Position numbers and translations under genes: made by a program
Notes under the pieces: generated by a model
The model's input: the letters and a program-made list of their open reading frames with translations, nothing else
Told to the model about the DNA's origin: nothing
Database searches by the model: none
NCBI GenBank assembly: GCA_041687435.1
Contig: JAWLBX010000007.1
Coordinates: 33,108 to 97,107 of the forward strand
Length of the DNA stretch: 64,000 nucleotides
Reading direction: 5' to 3'
From: Alphaproteobacteria bacterium
GTDB lineage: Bacteria > Pseudomonadota > Alphaproteobacteria > Bin95
Shown here: piece after piece, positions 19,863 through 28,812 of the stretch
How the letters are laid out: each line of letters opens with the position of its first letter
Position numbering within the stretch: position 1 is the stretch's first letter

Positions 19863-21011
19863 TCAGGCCTCTCCTTCAACCGCATGGCGCAACGCCCTGG
19901 CCTCGTCAGTTATGTCGATTCCAGCCGGGCACCAGGCGATGCAACGGCCACAACCGACACAGCCGAAATCCCCAAATTGATCGACCCAATGCGCCAGCTT
20001 GTGACTCATCCATTGCCGGTAGCGGGCATCGACACTTTGCCGGACCGGGCCGGAATGCAGGTGTGAGAAATCCAGGCTGAAGCACGAATCCCAGCGCTGC
20101 TGCCGCTCGCTCGACTGGCCGTCCAGTGCCACGGCATCCCCTGTCGTATGACAGAAGCAGGTTGGACAGACAGCGGTGCAGTTGGTGCAGGCAAGGCAGC
20201 GCTCGCCGACCGATTGCCAATAAGAATGTTCCTGATTTTCTTGAATCAGCTCTTTCAGACTATCTGTTTCCAGGTGCCGGCCCATGCTTGCCGCGGCAGA
20301 TTCTATACCCTCTGCGGCAGATTCCCGGTCGCAGTCCCTTGCCTTAAGCAATGGCAAACGCGTGGCAACCGCCTCCCCACGTTGGCTGCCGATTTCGACC
20401 AAAAAGACGTGGCGTCCTTCGTCGATCATCTCGGTCAGCGCAAGATCGTATCCGTTAACAGCCGCAGGGCCTGTCTGCATGGAGGTGCAGAAGCAGGTGT
20501 CGCCTGCCTCCGTGCACTGAACAGCGATGACCAAGGCGGCATCTCGCCGGGCGGTATAATCGGGATCGGGCCGTTCGCCATGCATGAACACGCGGTCCTG
20601 CAATTCCATCCCCGCAATTTCGCAAGCGCGCGCGCCAAGGAAGGCGAACCTTGGCACAGGCTCGTCCTGCTGCTGGACGGTAAATGAACCATCCACCGTC
20701 TTTTCCGCCCGCCAGAGCGTGCGGGAAGGCGGAAAAAGATACCGTTTCCAGGACTGGATGCCGGAGACATAACCGAACAGGGCCGCATCCTGCCGCCGTT
20801 CCAGCCGATACTGCCCGGCATCCTGCCGACTGCCCCAGCCGGCGGGCAGATCGTCGATGCTCCGGACCTCGCAATAACTGACCGCCCCATTATCGACTGT
20901 CGGTCCGATCACGGTATAGCCTTCACTTCGCAGCACTGTAATCAGGCGGCCGAAGCCAAGCAGATCAAGCAGGCCCGCAGGCCTGTCGGTGCGCAATGCG
21001 CGAGGACTCAT
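19863..21011 (-). CDS. hyhB: Hydrogenase beta subunit: 4Fe-4S dicluster protein (AsrA/HydB-like)
   Basis: Contains [16 protein letters not shown] and [12 protein letters not shown] ferredoxin motifs. The start is set at ATG 21011 ([11 protein letters not shown]). The longer track ORF (to 21203) is possible but has no support. Confidence 0.8.
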   Translation of the reverse strand: MSPRALRTDRPAGLLDLLGFGRLITVLRSEGYTVIGPTVDNGAVSYCEVRSIDDLPAGWGSRQDAGQYRLERRQDAALFGYVSGIQSWKRYLFPPSRTLWRAEKTVDGSFTVQQQDEPVPRFAFLGARACEIAGMELQDRVFMHGERPDPDYTARRDAALVIAVQCTEAGDTCFCTSMQTGPAAVNGYDLALTEMIDEGRHVFLVEIGSQRGEAVATRLPLLKARDCDRESAAEGIESAAASMGRHLETDSLKELIQENQEHSYWQSVGERCLACTNCTAVCPTCFCHTTGDAVALDGQSSERQQRWDSCFSLDFSHLHSGPVRQSVDARYRQWMSHKLAHWVDQFGDFGCVGCGRCIAWCPAGIDITDEARALRHAVEGEA

Positions 21012-21183
21012 AAACAAACACCCGTTGGTTGAAAGGGGCTTCCGTTGGCCAACTTGGCCTTCAATATCCCGGAGAAGCCCGGCAAGCCCATGATCTAAAT
21101 CAAACAACAGTTTCGTGAGCGGGGGTAGCCTTTTCCCACAGCAACCAGCCTCCAATATGCAGGGCGAAAGGGAGTCGGAACGG

Positions 21184-22257
21184 ATGAAGAAAACTGCGTT
21201 CACCGCGGAAATTTCGTTTCACCGATACCTCGATGCCGATGGAGATGCATCGTCCGGCCTGCCGGCGTTTGCCACCAAGGCAGAGGCACTCATACCCCTC
21301 TACGAAGCGATGGTGCTGACCCGAATTGTGGACGAGCGCGCAGTGGCGATGCAGCGAACCGGCCGGCTTGGCACCTATGCCTCGTCGCTGGGCCAGGAGG
21401 CGGTCGGCGTAGGTGTGGCGAGCGCCATGACCGAAGATGACGTGCTCGTGCCGGGATTTCGCGACCAGTCCGCGCAATTGTGGCGGGGGGTCTCCATCGT
21501 CGAACACCTAGCCTATTGGGGCGGCAGCGAGCGCGGCAGCAACTTTGCCGGGCCCCGGCACGACCTGCCGGTCTCCATCCCGGTCGGTACGAATTTCCCG
21601 CATGCCGCCGGTGTCGCCCTCGCTTTCAAACGGCGTGAGGAAAAGCGCGTAGCCGTAGTCATGGCTGGCGATGGCGCGACATCCAAGGGCGATTTCTACG
21701 AGGCCATGAACATCGCCGGTGTCTGGAAACTGCCGGTTGTTTTTGTGATCAACAATAATCAGTGGGCCATCTCCGTCGCCCGTGCGGAGCAGACTGCGGC
21801 CGAGACGCTGGCGCAAAAGGCCATTGCTGCCGGTATTCCGGGCGAACAGTTGGATGGAAATGACGTCATCGCCGTCTGGGACCGGGTAACCACTGCCCTG
21901 GACCGCGCGCGCAATGGGGAAGGCCCGACCCTGATCGAGGCGATCACCTACCGCCTGAGCGATCACACCACGGCGGACGACGCCAGCCGCTACCGCGAGG
22001 ACGACCAGGTGCGCGGCCATTGGAAGGAAGAGCCCGTGGCACGCTTGCGCACCTACCTGGCGGCGCAAAAGGTCTGGGACAAGCAGAAGGAGGAGGCTCT
22101 CCTTTCCGATTGCCGGGACAAGGTCGATGCGGCAATGGAGGAGTATGAGGCGATGCTGCCGGAACCGTTGGAAGCCATTTTCGATTCCACCTATGCCGAA
22201 ATGCCTGCGGATGTTGCAGCTCAGCGCGCTACTGCACTGACCGCGGCCGGAGATTGA
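21184..22257 (+). CDS. 2-oxoacid dehydrogenase E1 alpha subunit (TPP-dependent; probably branched-chain)
   Basis: E1-alpha family sequence with a TPP motif region (GDGATSKGDFYEAMN...NN). The start is ambiguous: ATG 21184, ATG 21157 or GTG 21115. Confidence 0.85.
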   Translation: MKKTAFTAEISFHRYLDADGDASSGLPAFATKAEALIPLYEAMVLTRIVDERAVAMQRTGRLGTYASSLGQEAVGVGVASAMTEDDVLVPGFRDQSAQLWRGVSIVEHLAYWGGSERGSNFAGPRHDLPVSIPVGTNFPHAAGVALAFKRREEKRVAVVMAGDGATSKGDFYEAMNIAGVWKLPVVFVINNNQWAISVARAEQTAAETLAQKAIAAGIPGEQLDGNDVIAVWDRVTTALDRARNGEGPTLIEAITYRLSDHTTADDASRYREDDQVRGHWKEEPVARLRTYLAAQKVWDKQKEEALLSDCRDKVDAAMEEYEAMLPEPLEAIFDSTYAEMPADVAAQRATALTAAGD

Positions 22258-22261
22258 AGCC

Positions 22262-23242
22262 ATGCCGGAGGTTACTCTTGTCGAAGCCGTGCGCATGGCG
22301 CTGTCGCGGGCGATGGAGGATGACGAGCGCGTCGTCATTCTGGGCGAGGATGTCGGCATCGACGGCGGCGTTTTCCGGGCAACCGACGGTCTGATCCAGC
22401 GGTTCGGCTCCAGCCGGGTTTTGGATACGCCGTTGTCGGAAGCGGTGATCGCCGGGGTGGCCGTTGGCGCTGCAACCCAAGATTTGCGACCGGTGGCGGA
22501 AATCCAGTTTATGGGCTTCGTTTATCCGGCCATTGACCAGATCGTGAACCATGCCGGGCGGCTGCGCACCCGTACGCGGGGCCGTCTCACCTGCCCGATG
22601 GTGCTACGCGCGCCCTATGGCGGCGGCATCCACGCGCCGGAGCACCATTCCGAAAGCGTCGAGGCAATGCTAACGCATGTTCCCGGCATCCGGGTGGTGA
22701 TTCCCTCCACACCCGCCAAGGCATACGGCCTGCTGCTGGCAGCCATCCGCAACCCTGACCCCGTCGTGTTTCTGGAGCCAAAGCGGCTCTACCGCACCGG
22801 CAAGGAGCAGGTCGAGGACAATGGCGAGGCACTGCCGCTCGACAAGGCGTTCATTGCGCGGGAGGGAAGCGACCTGACCCTGATCGCCTGGGGCGCCATG
22901 ATGAAGGAGACGCTGGAAGCAGCGGCGCAACTGGCAGAGGAAGGCGTGGACGCAGAAGTGTTAGACCTTGCCACACTCAAGCCATTGGATCAGGCAGCGA
23001 TCCTGGCATCGGTCGAAAAAACCGGCCGGGCGGTGATTGTGCACGAGGCAGCACTGACTGGCGGCTATGGCGGTGAGATCGCGGCCCGGATTGCCGAGCA
23101 CGGCCTGCTGTCTTTGATCGCGCCGGTGCGCCGGGTGACCGGCTATGACACGGTGATCCCATTGCCAAAACTCGAACATCATTATCTGCCATCCGTCGAT
23201 CGTGTTTTGACGGCTGCGCGCGAAGTGATGACCTACGCATGA
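22262..23242 (+). CDS. 2-oxoacid dehydrogenase E1 beta subunit
   Basis: 326 aa of the transketolase-like pyrimidine-binding E1-beta family (VVILGEDVG..GGVFR). Confidence 0.9.
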   Translation: MPEVTLVEAVRMALSRAMEDDERVVILGEDVGIDGGVFRATDGLIQRFGSSRVLDTPLSEAVIAGVAVGAATQDLRPVAEIQFMGFVYPAIDQIVNHAGRLRTRTRGRLTCPMVLRAPYGGGIHAPEHHSESVEAMLTHVPGIRVVIPSTPAKAYGLLLAAIRNPDPVVFLEPKRLYRTGKEQVEDNGEALPLDKAFIAREGSDLTLIAWGAMMKETLEAAAQLAEEGVDAEVLDLATLKPLDQAAILASVEKTGRAVIVHEAALTGGYGGEIAARIAEHGLLSLIAPVRRVTGYDTVIPLPKLEHHYLPSVDRVLTAAREVMTYA

Positions 23243-24345
23243 AGACGTTCAACCTTCCCGATCTGGGTGAGGGCCTGGAAGAGGCCGAAATCGTCCATTG
23301 GCATGTAAGCACGGGCGATCATGTCATGGCCGACCAGCCGCTCGTCTCGGTTGAAACGGACAAGGCGGTGGTGGAGGTGCCGGCACCATGGTCCGGCACC
23401 ATCGCCAAAACCTATGGCGAGCCAGGCGAAACGCTGAAGGTCGGCTCGCCACTTGCCGACTATGACGAGGGCGATCGGGCCGATTCCGGGTCCGTCGTGG
23501 GACAATTGGAATCGGAGCCGCCCAAGGAAGAACAGCCCGAAGAAGCCACCGAACCGCAAACCAAGGCCAAGCCGGCAGAACCGAGAAAACCAACCGGTCG
23601 CGCTGCACCGGCTGTTCGGCAATTGGCGAAGGAATTGAAGGTCGATCTTGACAGCATCCAGGGGTCCGGCCCGCATGGCGCAATCCTGCGTGCCGATGTC
23701 GAAGCCGCCGCCGGCCAGAGCAAGCCGGAGAAGCGGGAGCCATCAGACGCCGATTGGGAGCCGTTGCGCGGCATACGCCGGACGATGGCCCGCAGCATGA
23801 CCGCCGCCCTGGCCATCCCCCGCGCCACCGTGACGGAAGAAGCCAATGTCAGCCATTGGCCGGAAAGCCCGCAAATTACCCTGCTGTTGGTCCAGGCCAT
23901 GCTGGCAGCGCTGGACGCCGAACCGTCGCTCAACGCCTTTTACGATGGCGATCGGGAGGCCCGGCGGCTGAACCCGGATGCAGCAATCGGCATTGCCGTC
24001 GACACTGCGGCCGGGCTGATCGTACCGGTTCTGCGCACCCAGAACTTTCCGGATCCGCACGATCTGCGCGGTGAGTTGCAGCGGCTGATAGAAGGAGCGC
24101 ACCAACGGTCCCTCCCGCCCTCGGACCTCCGCGGCGCTACAATCACCCTGTCGAACTTCGGGGCGATTGGCGGTTTGTTCGCGGAATTGGTGATCGTACC
24201 GCCGCAGGTCGCGATCCTGGGCGCAGGCCGGGCACGCGCCGGCATGTTGCCGCTGTCGCTGACCTTCGATCATCGCGCCGTCAGTGGCGGCGAGGCAGCG
24301 CGCTTCCTTGCTCACATCAAAGCCCAACTCGAACAAACCGCCTGA
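23239..24345 (+). CDS. Dihydrolipoamide acyltransferase E2
   Basis: It has a lipoyl domain (LVSVETDKAVVEVPAP), a Pro/Glu-rich linker, a subunit-binding domain (AAPAVRQLAKELKVDL) and a catalytic domain with DHRAVSGGEAARFL. ATGA overlap with E1 beta. Confidence 0.9.
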   Translation: MKTFNLPDLGEGLEEAEIVHWHVSTGDHVMADQPLVSVETDKAVVEVPAPWSGTIAKTYGEPGETLKVGSPLADYDEGDRADSGSVVGQLESEPPKEEQPEEATEPQTKAKPAEPRKPTGRAAPAVRQLAKELKVDLDSIQGSGPHGAILRADVEAAAGQSKPEKREPSDADWEPLRGIRRTMARSMTAALAIPRATVTEEANVSHWPESPQITLLLVQAMLAALDAEPSLNAFYDGDREARRLNPDAAIGIAVDTAAGLIVPVLRTQNFPDPHDLRGELQRLIEGAHQRSLPPSDLRGATITLSNFGAIGGLFAELVIVPPQVAILGAGRARAGMLPLSLTFDHRAVSGGEAARFLAHIKAQLEQTA

Positions 24346-24358
24346 GGAGCAAAGACCA

Positions 24359-25462
24359 ATGTCCTTCGCCTTCACCGATGAACTAGGCCCGGAAAAGGTG
24401 GTGGAACTCTATGATCCCGGCGTTGGTCTCAAAGCCATCGTCGTGGTGGATAACACCGCGGCCGGCCCGGCCATCGGCGGCACCCGGATGGCACCGGATG
24501 TGACGCTGGAAGAATGCTTCCGGCTGGCGCGCGCCATGACATTCAAGAACGCCGCGGCCGGCCTGCCGCACGGCGGCGCCAAAAGCGTTATCGCCGCCGA
24601 TCCGAACATTCCGCCCGCCGACAAGGAACGCCTGATCCGCGCCTTTGCCAGTGGCTTGCGCGAAATCCGGTCCTACATTCCCGGGCCGGATATGGGCACC
24701 GACGAGACCGCAATGGCCTGGATCCATGACGAGACCGGCCGCTCGGTCGGGCTGCCGCAGGTGCTGGGCGGGATCCCCCTCGACGTAATTGGCGCGACCG
24801 GTTTCGGCCTCGCAGCCGCCGCAGAAATTGCCGAGAAATACAGCGGTGTTGCGCTGAAGGGCGCGCGAGTAGCGGTACAGGGCTTCGGCGCGGTCGGCTA
24901 TCATGGCGCCCGCTTTCTGGCCAAACACGGTTGTGTGCTGGTGGCTGCCGCCGACTCGCGCGGCATGATCCATAATCCCAACGGCCTCGATATCGATGCG
25001 CTGGCGGCCCATGCCCGCATCGGCCAGGGTGTCGCCACCTTCACAGGCGGCACTGCGGGGAAGCGCGATGATATCGTCGGCGTCGATTGCGATATCTGGG
25101 TTCCGGCGGCAAGGCCGAATGTCTTGACGGCGGACAATGCCGATACGGTCAAGGCCCGGTTGATCCTGCAGGGCGCCAACATCCCGGCAACGCCAGAAGC
25201 CGAGACTAGATTGCACGAACGCGGCGTGCTCTCTGTACCCGACTTCATCGTCAATGCTGGCGGTGTGATTTGTGCCTCGGTCGAATACCATGGCGGCACG
25301 GAAACCGGCGCATTTGCAACCATCAAGGAAAAGATCCAGCGCAACACAGACGAGGTGCTGGACCGGGCAAAGCGGGAGAACGTGCTGCCGCGTACCGCCG
25401 CCGTCGCCATGGCACGGGACCGGGTCGAGCAGGCAATGAGTTTCCGCCGCGATCACCATTAG
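24359..25462 (+). CDS. Glu/Leu/Phe/Val dehydrogenase family protein (Leu/Val-dehydrogenase-like)
   Basis: Contains GPAIGGTRM and the catalytic-Lys region LPHGGAKSVI, plus a Rossmann motif VAVQGFGAVG. ATG 24359 (MSFAFTDELGPEK). Confidence 0.85.
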   Translation: MSFAFTDELGPEKVVELYDPGVGLKAIVVVDNTAAGPAIGGTRMAPDVTLEECFRLARAMTFKNAAAGLPHGGAKSVIAADPNIPPADKERLIRAFASGLREIRSYIPGPDMGTDETAMAWIHDETGRSVGLPQVLGGIPLDVIGATGFGLAAAAEIAEKYSGVALKGARVAVQGFGAVGYHGARFLAKHGCVLVAAADSRGMIHNPNGLDIDALAAHARIGQGVATFTGGTAGKRDDIVGVDCDIWVPAARPNVLTADNADTVKARLILQGANIPATPEAETRLHERGVLSVPDFIVNAGGVICASVEYHGGTETGAFATIKEKIQRNTDEVLDRAKRENVLPRTAAVAMARDRVEQAMSFRRDHH

Positions 25463-25484
25463 CTTAGAACCTATCGGGGGCAGC

Positions 25485-26507
25485 ATGAAATCGCGTTTGA
25501 TATGGATCGTTGCCGCCCTGCTGTTGGCCGCCGGTGCCGGCTGGTGGTTCTGGTTTGACGCCAAACCGTCGGTTACCGTTGCCACCATAACCCGCGGCAC
25601 CGCAGCGGAAATCGTCTATGCCACCGGCGTGGTCGAGCCGGCGCATTGGGCCAAGGTGACCACCGTCGTCGCCGGCCGGATCGTCGAAAGCTGCAATTGC
25701 GAAGGGTTGGATGTTCGTAAGGGCGACCTGCTTTTCCGTCTCGACGATACGGAAATGCGGGCACGCGCCGATGAAATTCGCGCACGTCTGGAATTGGCGG
25801 AAAAGGAACTGGCCCGCACCAGCGACCTGTTCGAGCGCGGGGTCCACACGCGCGAACGCTACGATCAGGCATTTACGGAGGTCGCAAAATTGCGCGCTAA
25901 TCTTGCCGCGGTTGAGAGCCAGGCTATCGATCTGGCAATTCGTGCACCGCTCGACGGCCAGGTACTGCGGATCGAGGGTGAAGTCGGCGAAGTCGCAATC
26001 CTGGGCGAGGGTCTCGCCTGGGTGGGGCGGCCCAAGCCGCTTCTGGTGATTGCCGAGGTGAACGAGGAAGATGTGCCGCGTGTGGCCATCGGCCAACAGG
26101 CCCTGCTCAAAGCCGATGCCTTCCCCAGCCAAGCCCTGCCTGCAGTCGTATCTTCCATCACCCCGATGGGCGACCCCGAGTTGAAAACCTATCGCGTCCG
26201 CCTCGCCCTACCAGAGGATACGCCGGTGCTGATCAACATGACGGTCGACGTCAATATCATCATCCGCACGATGGATGATGCCGTTCTGGCCCCGGCGCCC
26301 GCACTAATTAACGGCGCGCTGCAGGTGCTAACCGATAGCGACCGGATCGAGCGGCGCGCGGTCGAAACCGGCATTGCCGGGGCCGCACAGGTGCAAATCG
26401 TCAACGGCGCCAACCCGGGCGAACGAGTCGTCTCCCCTGCCCTCGATAGCCTAGCAGATGGTGACCGGGTGCAGGTGCAACGGGGAGCGGAGCCCGCAAG
26501 CCCGTGA
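25485..26507 (+). CDS. Periplasmic adaptor (HlyD/MFP family) of an ABC exporter
   Basis: An N-terminal TM (IWIVAALLLAAGAGWWFWF) is followed by barrel-sandwich, coiled-coil and beta-barrel pattern. Confidence 0.85.
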   Translation: MKSRLIWIVAALLLAAGAGWWFWFDAKPSVTVATITRGTAAEIVYATGVVEPAHWAKVTTVVAGRIVESCNCEGLDVRKGDLLFRLDDTEMRARADEIRARLELAEKELARTSDLFERGVHTRERYDQAFTEVAKLRANLAAVESQAIDLAIRAPLDGQVLRIEGEVGEVAILGEGLAWVGRPKPLLVIAEVNEEDVPRVAIGQQALLKADAFPSQALPAVVSSITPMGDPELKTYRVRLALPEDTPVLINMTVDVNIIIRTMDDAVLAPAPALINGALQVLTDSDRIERRAVETGIAGAAQVQIVNGANPGERVVSPALDSLADGDRVQVQRGAEPASP

Positions 26508-27742
26508 ACCTGCTGCTGGAGATCGCATTCACCCATATTTTGGGCCGCGGCCGCCAAACCATCGTCTCCATAGCCGGTGTTACCCTTGGCGTCGGATTTG
26601 CGATTGCCATGGCTGCGCTGATGCAAGGCAGTCAGGAGGACTTTGTTGGCAAACTGATTGATGCCATGCCACACGTCCAGATTACCGATGAACGCCGGCA
26701 GTTGCAGGCGCAGCCGGCGGATGAACAGTTCGATGCAGTGGCATGGTATGGATTGCGCCCACGCGATGACGTGCGCGGCATCCTGAACCCGGTTGCCACC
26801 ATTGCCGCCCTGGAAGGCTGGGTTCCCGGCATCATTTCCGCCGGCCTGAATGTGCAGGGCGTTGCCCGGTATGGCGGCACAGAGCGGGGCGTCAGCATCA
26901 TCGGGATCGACCCGGCCGACGAGGTACGCGTTTCGACCATCGCCGAGGATATGACGTGGGGCAGTCTCCAAGACCTAAACGCCACCTCTTTTTCCGCTAT
27001 CATCGGTGAACGCCTTGCCGAACGCTTGTCGGTCGCCCCCGGTGACAGCATCCAACTGATTGCGGCGGGCGGTGTCACCCGGCGGTTGAAGGTGGTCGGC
27101 CTGTTCCGGACAGGTATTGTCGGCACCGACGAAACCCGGATCTATACCCGCCTGCGCACAGCTCAAATTTTGGCCGGGCGTTTCAACGCCATCAACGATA
27201 TCCGGATTCGCCTGAAAGACCCCGATGCCGCCGCCGCGGTCGCGCGGCGGGCAGAGGCGATGTTCGGGTACAAATCGGTATCGTGGCAAGAGGCAAACGA
27301 GAGCCTTCTGGAAGCGTTCGAAATCCGCAATATCATCATGTACACCGTTGTTGCCGCGATCCTTCTGGTTGCCGGTTTCGGAGTGTTCAACATCGTCTCT
27401 ATCATCACGCACGAGAAGGCGCGCGATATCGCAATTTTGAAATCGCTGGGGTTCCGCAAGGGTGATATCCAGCTGATTTTTGTAACCGAGGGTGCGCTGA
27501 TGGGCGGGTTCGGTGGCGTTTGTGGTATGGCTTTGGGCTATGGCCTTACGCGGATGCTGGGCTCTGTCACGTTCGAGATGCGCCAAATGTCAGAGGTCAG
27601 CACCTTGCCGGTGACCTATGATCTCCTGCATTACGCAGTTGCGGTTTCACTGGCATTATTTACGGCTGGAATCGCCGGATATCTGCCCGCCCGCAAGGCC
27701 GCAAAGGGCAACCCGATCGACATTATCCGCGGGGCATCATGA
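26504..27742 (+). CDS. FtsX/MacB-type ABC transporter permease (LolC/E, DevC-like)
   Basis: 412 aa. TM1 is followed by a large periplasmic domain and a C-terminal three-TM FtsX domain. The GTG start overlaps the adaptor stop (GTGA). Confidence 0.85.
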   Translation: MNLLLEIAFTHILGRGRQTIVSIAGVTLGVGFAIAMAALMQGSQEDFVGKLIDAMPHVQITDERRQLQAQPADEQFDAVAWYGLRPRDDVRGILNPVATIAALEGWVPGIISAGLNVQGVARYGGTERGVSIIGIDPADEVRVSTIAEDMTWGSLQDLNATSFSAIIGERLAERLSVAPGDSIQLIAAGGVTRRLKVVGLFRTGIVGTDETRIYTRLRTAQILAGRFNAINDIRIRLKDPDAAAAVARRAEAMFGYKSVSWQEANESLLEAFEIRNIIMYTVVAAILLVAGFGVFNIVSIITHEKARDIAILKSLGFRKGDIQLIFVTEGALMGGFGGVCGMALGYGLTRMLGSVTFEMRQMSEVSTLPVTYDLLHYAVAVSLALFTAGIAGYLPARKAAKGNPIDIIRGAS

Positions 27743-28455
27743 TGAGGGTCGGCCCGTCTGCCTCCCTGGTTTCGGCCCGGTCCGTCACCCGCATCCTTAC
27801 GGAAACGGTACCGGTGACGCTTGTGGAGGATGTGACCCTCGAAATCGGCCGCGGCGAGTTTGTGGCAATCACCGGCCCATCCGGTTCTGGCAAATCCTCC
27901 CTGCTCTATCTCCTGGGCTTGCTGGACGCACCGACCAGTGGCGAAGTTTTGTTTGAGGACCGCGCGACGTCGATCCTGACGGAGGAGGAACGGGCCGAAA
28001 TCCGCTTATCCGGCATCGGTTTCGTCTTTCAGTTTCATTTCCTGTTGCCCGAATTCACCATCCACGAGAACGTGCAGATCCCGATGCGGCGGCTGGCCCG
28101 CTGGTCAAGAGCCGAGGCGCGAGAGCGAGCTGCGCATCTGCTGGACCGGCTTGGGCTGGGCGATCACCTGCACAAACGCCCAGACCAAATTTCCGGCGGA
28201 CAGCGCCAACGCGTGGCGGTGGCCCGTGCGCTCGCCAACGATCCACCACTGATCCTGGCTGACGAGCCGACAGGTTCGCTCGATTCCGTTTCGTCCGATC
28301 AGGTTTTTCAAATCCTGTCTGACATTGTCGCGACTGGTGAAAAAAGCATCATCGCCGTCACCCATGACCTGGATATGGCAGCGCGAATGCACCGCGGCAT
28401 TCATTTGGTGGATGGGCGGATCGTCCGGGATGAGGCTCAGACCGCGCCCGATTAG
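27739..28455 (+). CDS. ABC transporter ATP-binding protein (LolD/MacB/DevA type)
   Basis: Walker [10 protein letters not shown], signature [14 protein letters not shown], Walker [17 protein letters not shown] overlap with the permease. Confidence 0.92.
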   Translation: MMRVGPSASLVSARSVTRILTETVPVTLVEDVTLEIGRGEFVAITGPSGSGKSSLLYLLGLLDAPTSGEVLFEDRATSILTEEERAEIRLSGIGFVFQFHFLLPEFTIHENVQIPMRRLARWSRAEARERAAHLLDRLGLGDHLHKRPDQISGGQRQRVAVARALANDPPLILADEPTGSLDSVSSDQVFQILSDIVATGEKSIIAVTHDLDMAARMHRGIHLVDGRIVRDEAQTAPD

Positions 28456-28665
28456 CGGTATCTTCCATTCGGAGGTGAACCGCAGACCGGCAAAGCATAG
28501 ACTTGCCGTCTGACTCCGACGCTGAACCACAGGCCCATCCCTCCTAGGGCCGCGTTGACCATGCCGATAAACTTAGCCAAGCCGAAATGGACAACTATCG
28601 CCACGGTAAAGGCATTGAGGCAACCATCGACCGTCAGGTGACGCACTTGGCCATAAGACCGCCGG

Positions 28666-28812
28666 TCAGAGGTTCAGATAGCGGAATTCCGCCGTCGGTT
28701 CGAACGACAGTGCCAGAATGCCTAGAAACAGTGCTGCGTACCAAAGCGCGCATAGCGCAATTGCCAGGGGCCGCGGCAGATGTTCGGACAGCAGACCGAA
28801 GATATTGTACAT
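28666..28812 (-). CDS. 48-aa single-TM microprotein with C-terminal F-x-Y motif (DltX-like candidate)
   Basis: The sequence is MYNIFGLLSEHLPRPLAIALCALWYAALFLGILALSFEPTAEFRYLNL. Its ATG shares one nucleotide with the MBOAT stop (minus strand reads TGATG at 28814..28810). It falls below the size cutoff as a separate ORF and is visible only as the tail of track ORF 28666..29055. Confidence 0.55.
   Translation of the reverse strand: MYNIFGLLSEHLPRPLAIALCALWYAALFLGILALSFEPTAEFRYLNL

Noticed and set aside
21022-21059. Short direct repeats in the hydrogenase/dehydrogenase divergent promoter region: CCGTTGG twice, 20 bp apart, and TTGGCC-AAC-TTGGCC. They superficially resemble a sigma-54 -24/-12 element.
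   Set aside because: The spacing does not fit TGGCAC-N5-TTGC, and the repeats are too short to distinguish from chance in this composition.
28456-28530. A weak hairpin (CGGCAA-n9-TTGCCG) after the ABC ATPase gene, and similar 6-bp stems after cysS (44720-44745).
   Set aside because: The stems are short, the loops are long and there is no T-tract. This is not enough to call terminators.
28452-28646. A 64-aa minus-strand ORF (GTG start) downstream of the 48-aa microprotein. It has a hydrophobic stretch and could be a third microprotein of the MBOAT operon.
   Set aside because: It has a GTG start with no Shine-Dalgarno sequence. Its 3' end overlaps the convergent ABC ATPase stop, and its tail is Arg/Pro-rich. 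I cannot support it without comparative or Ribo-seq data.
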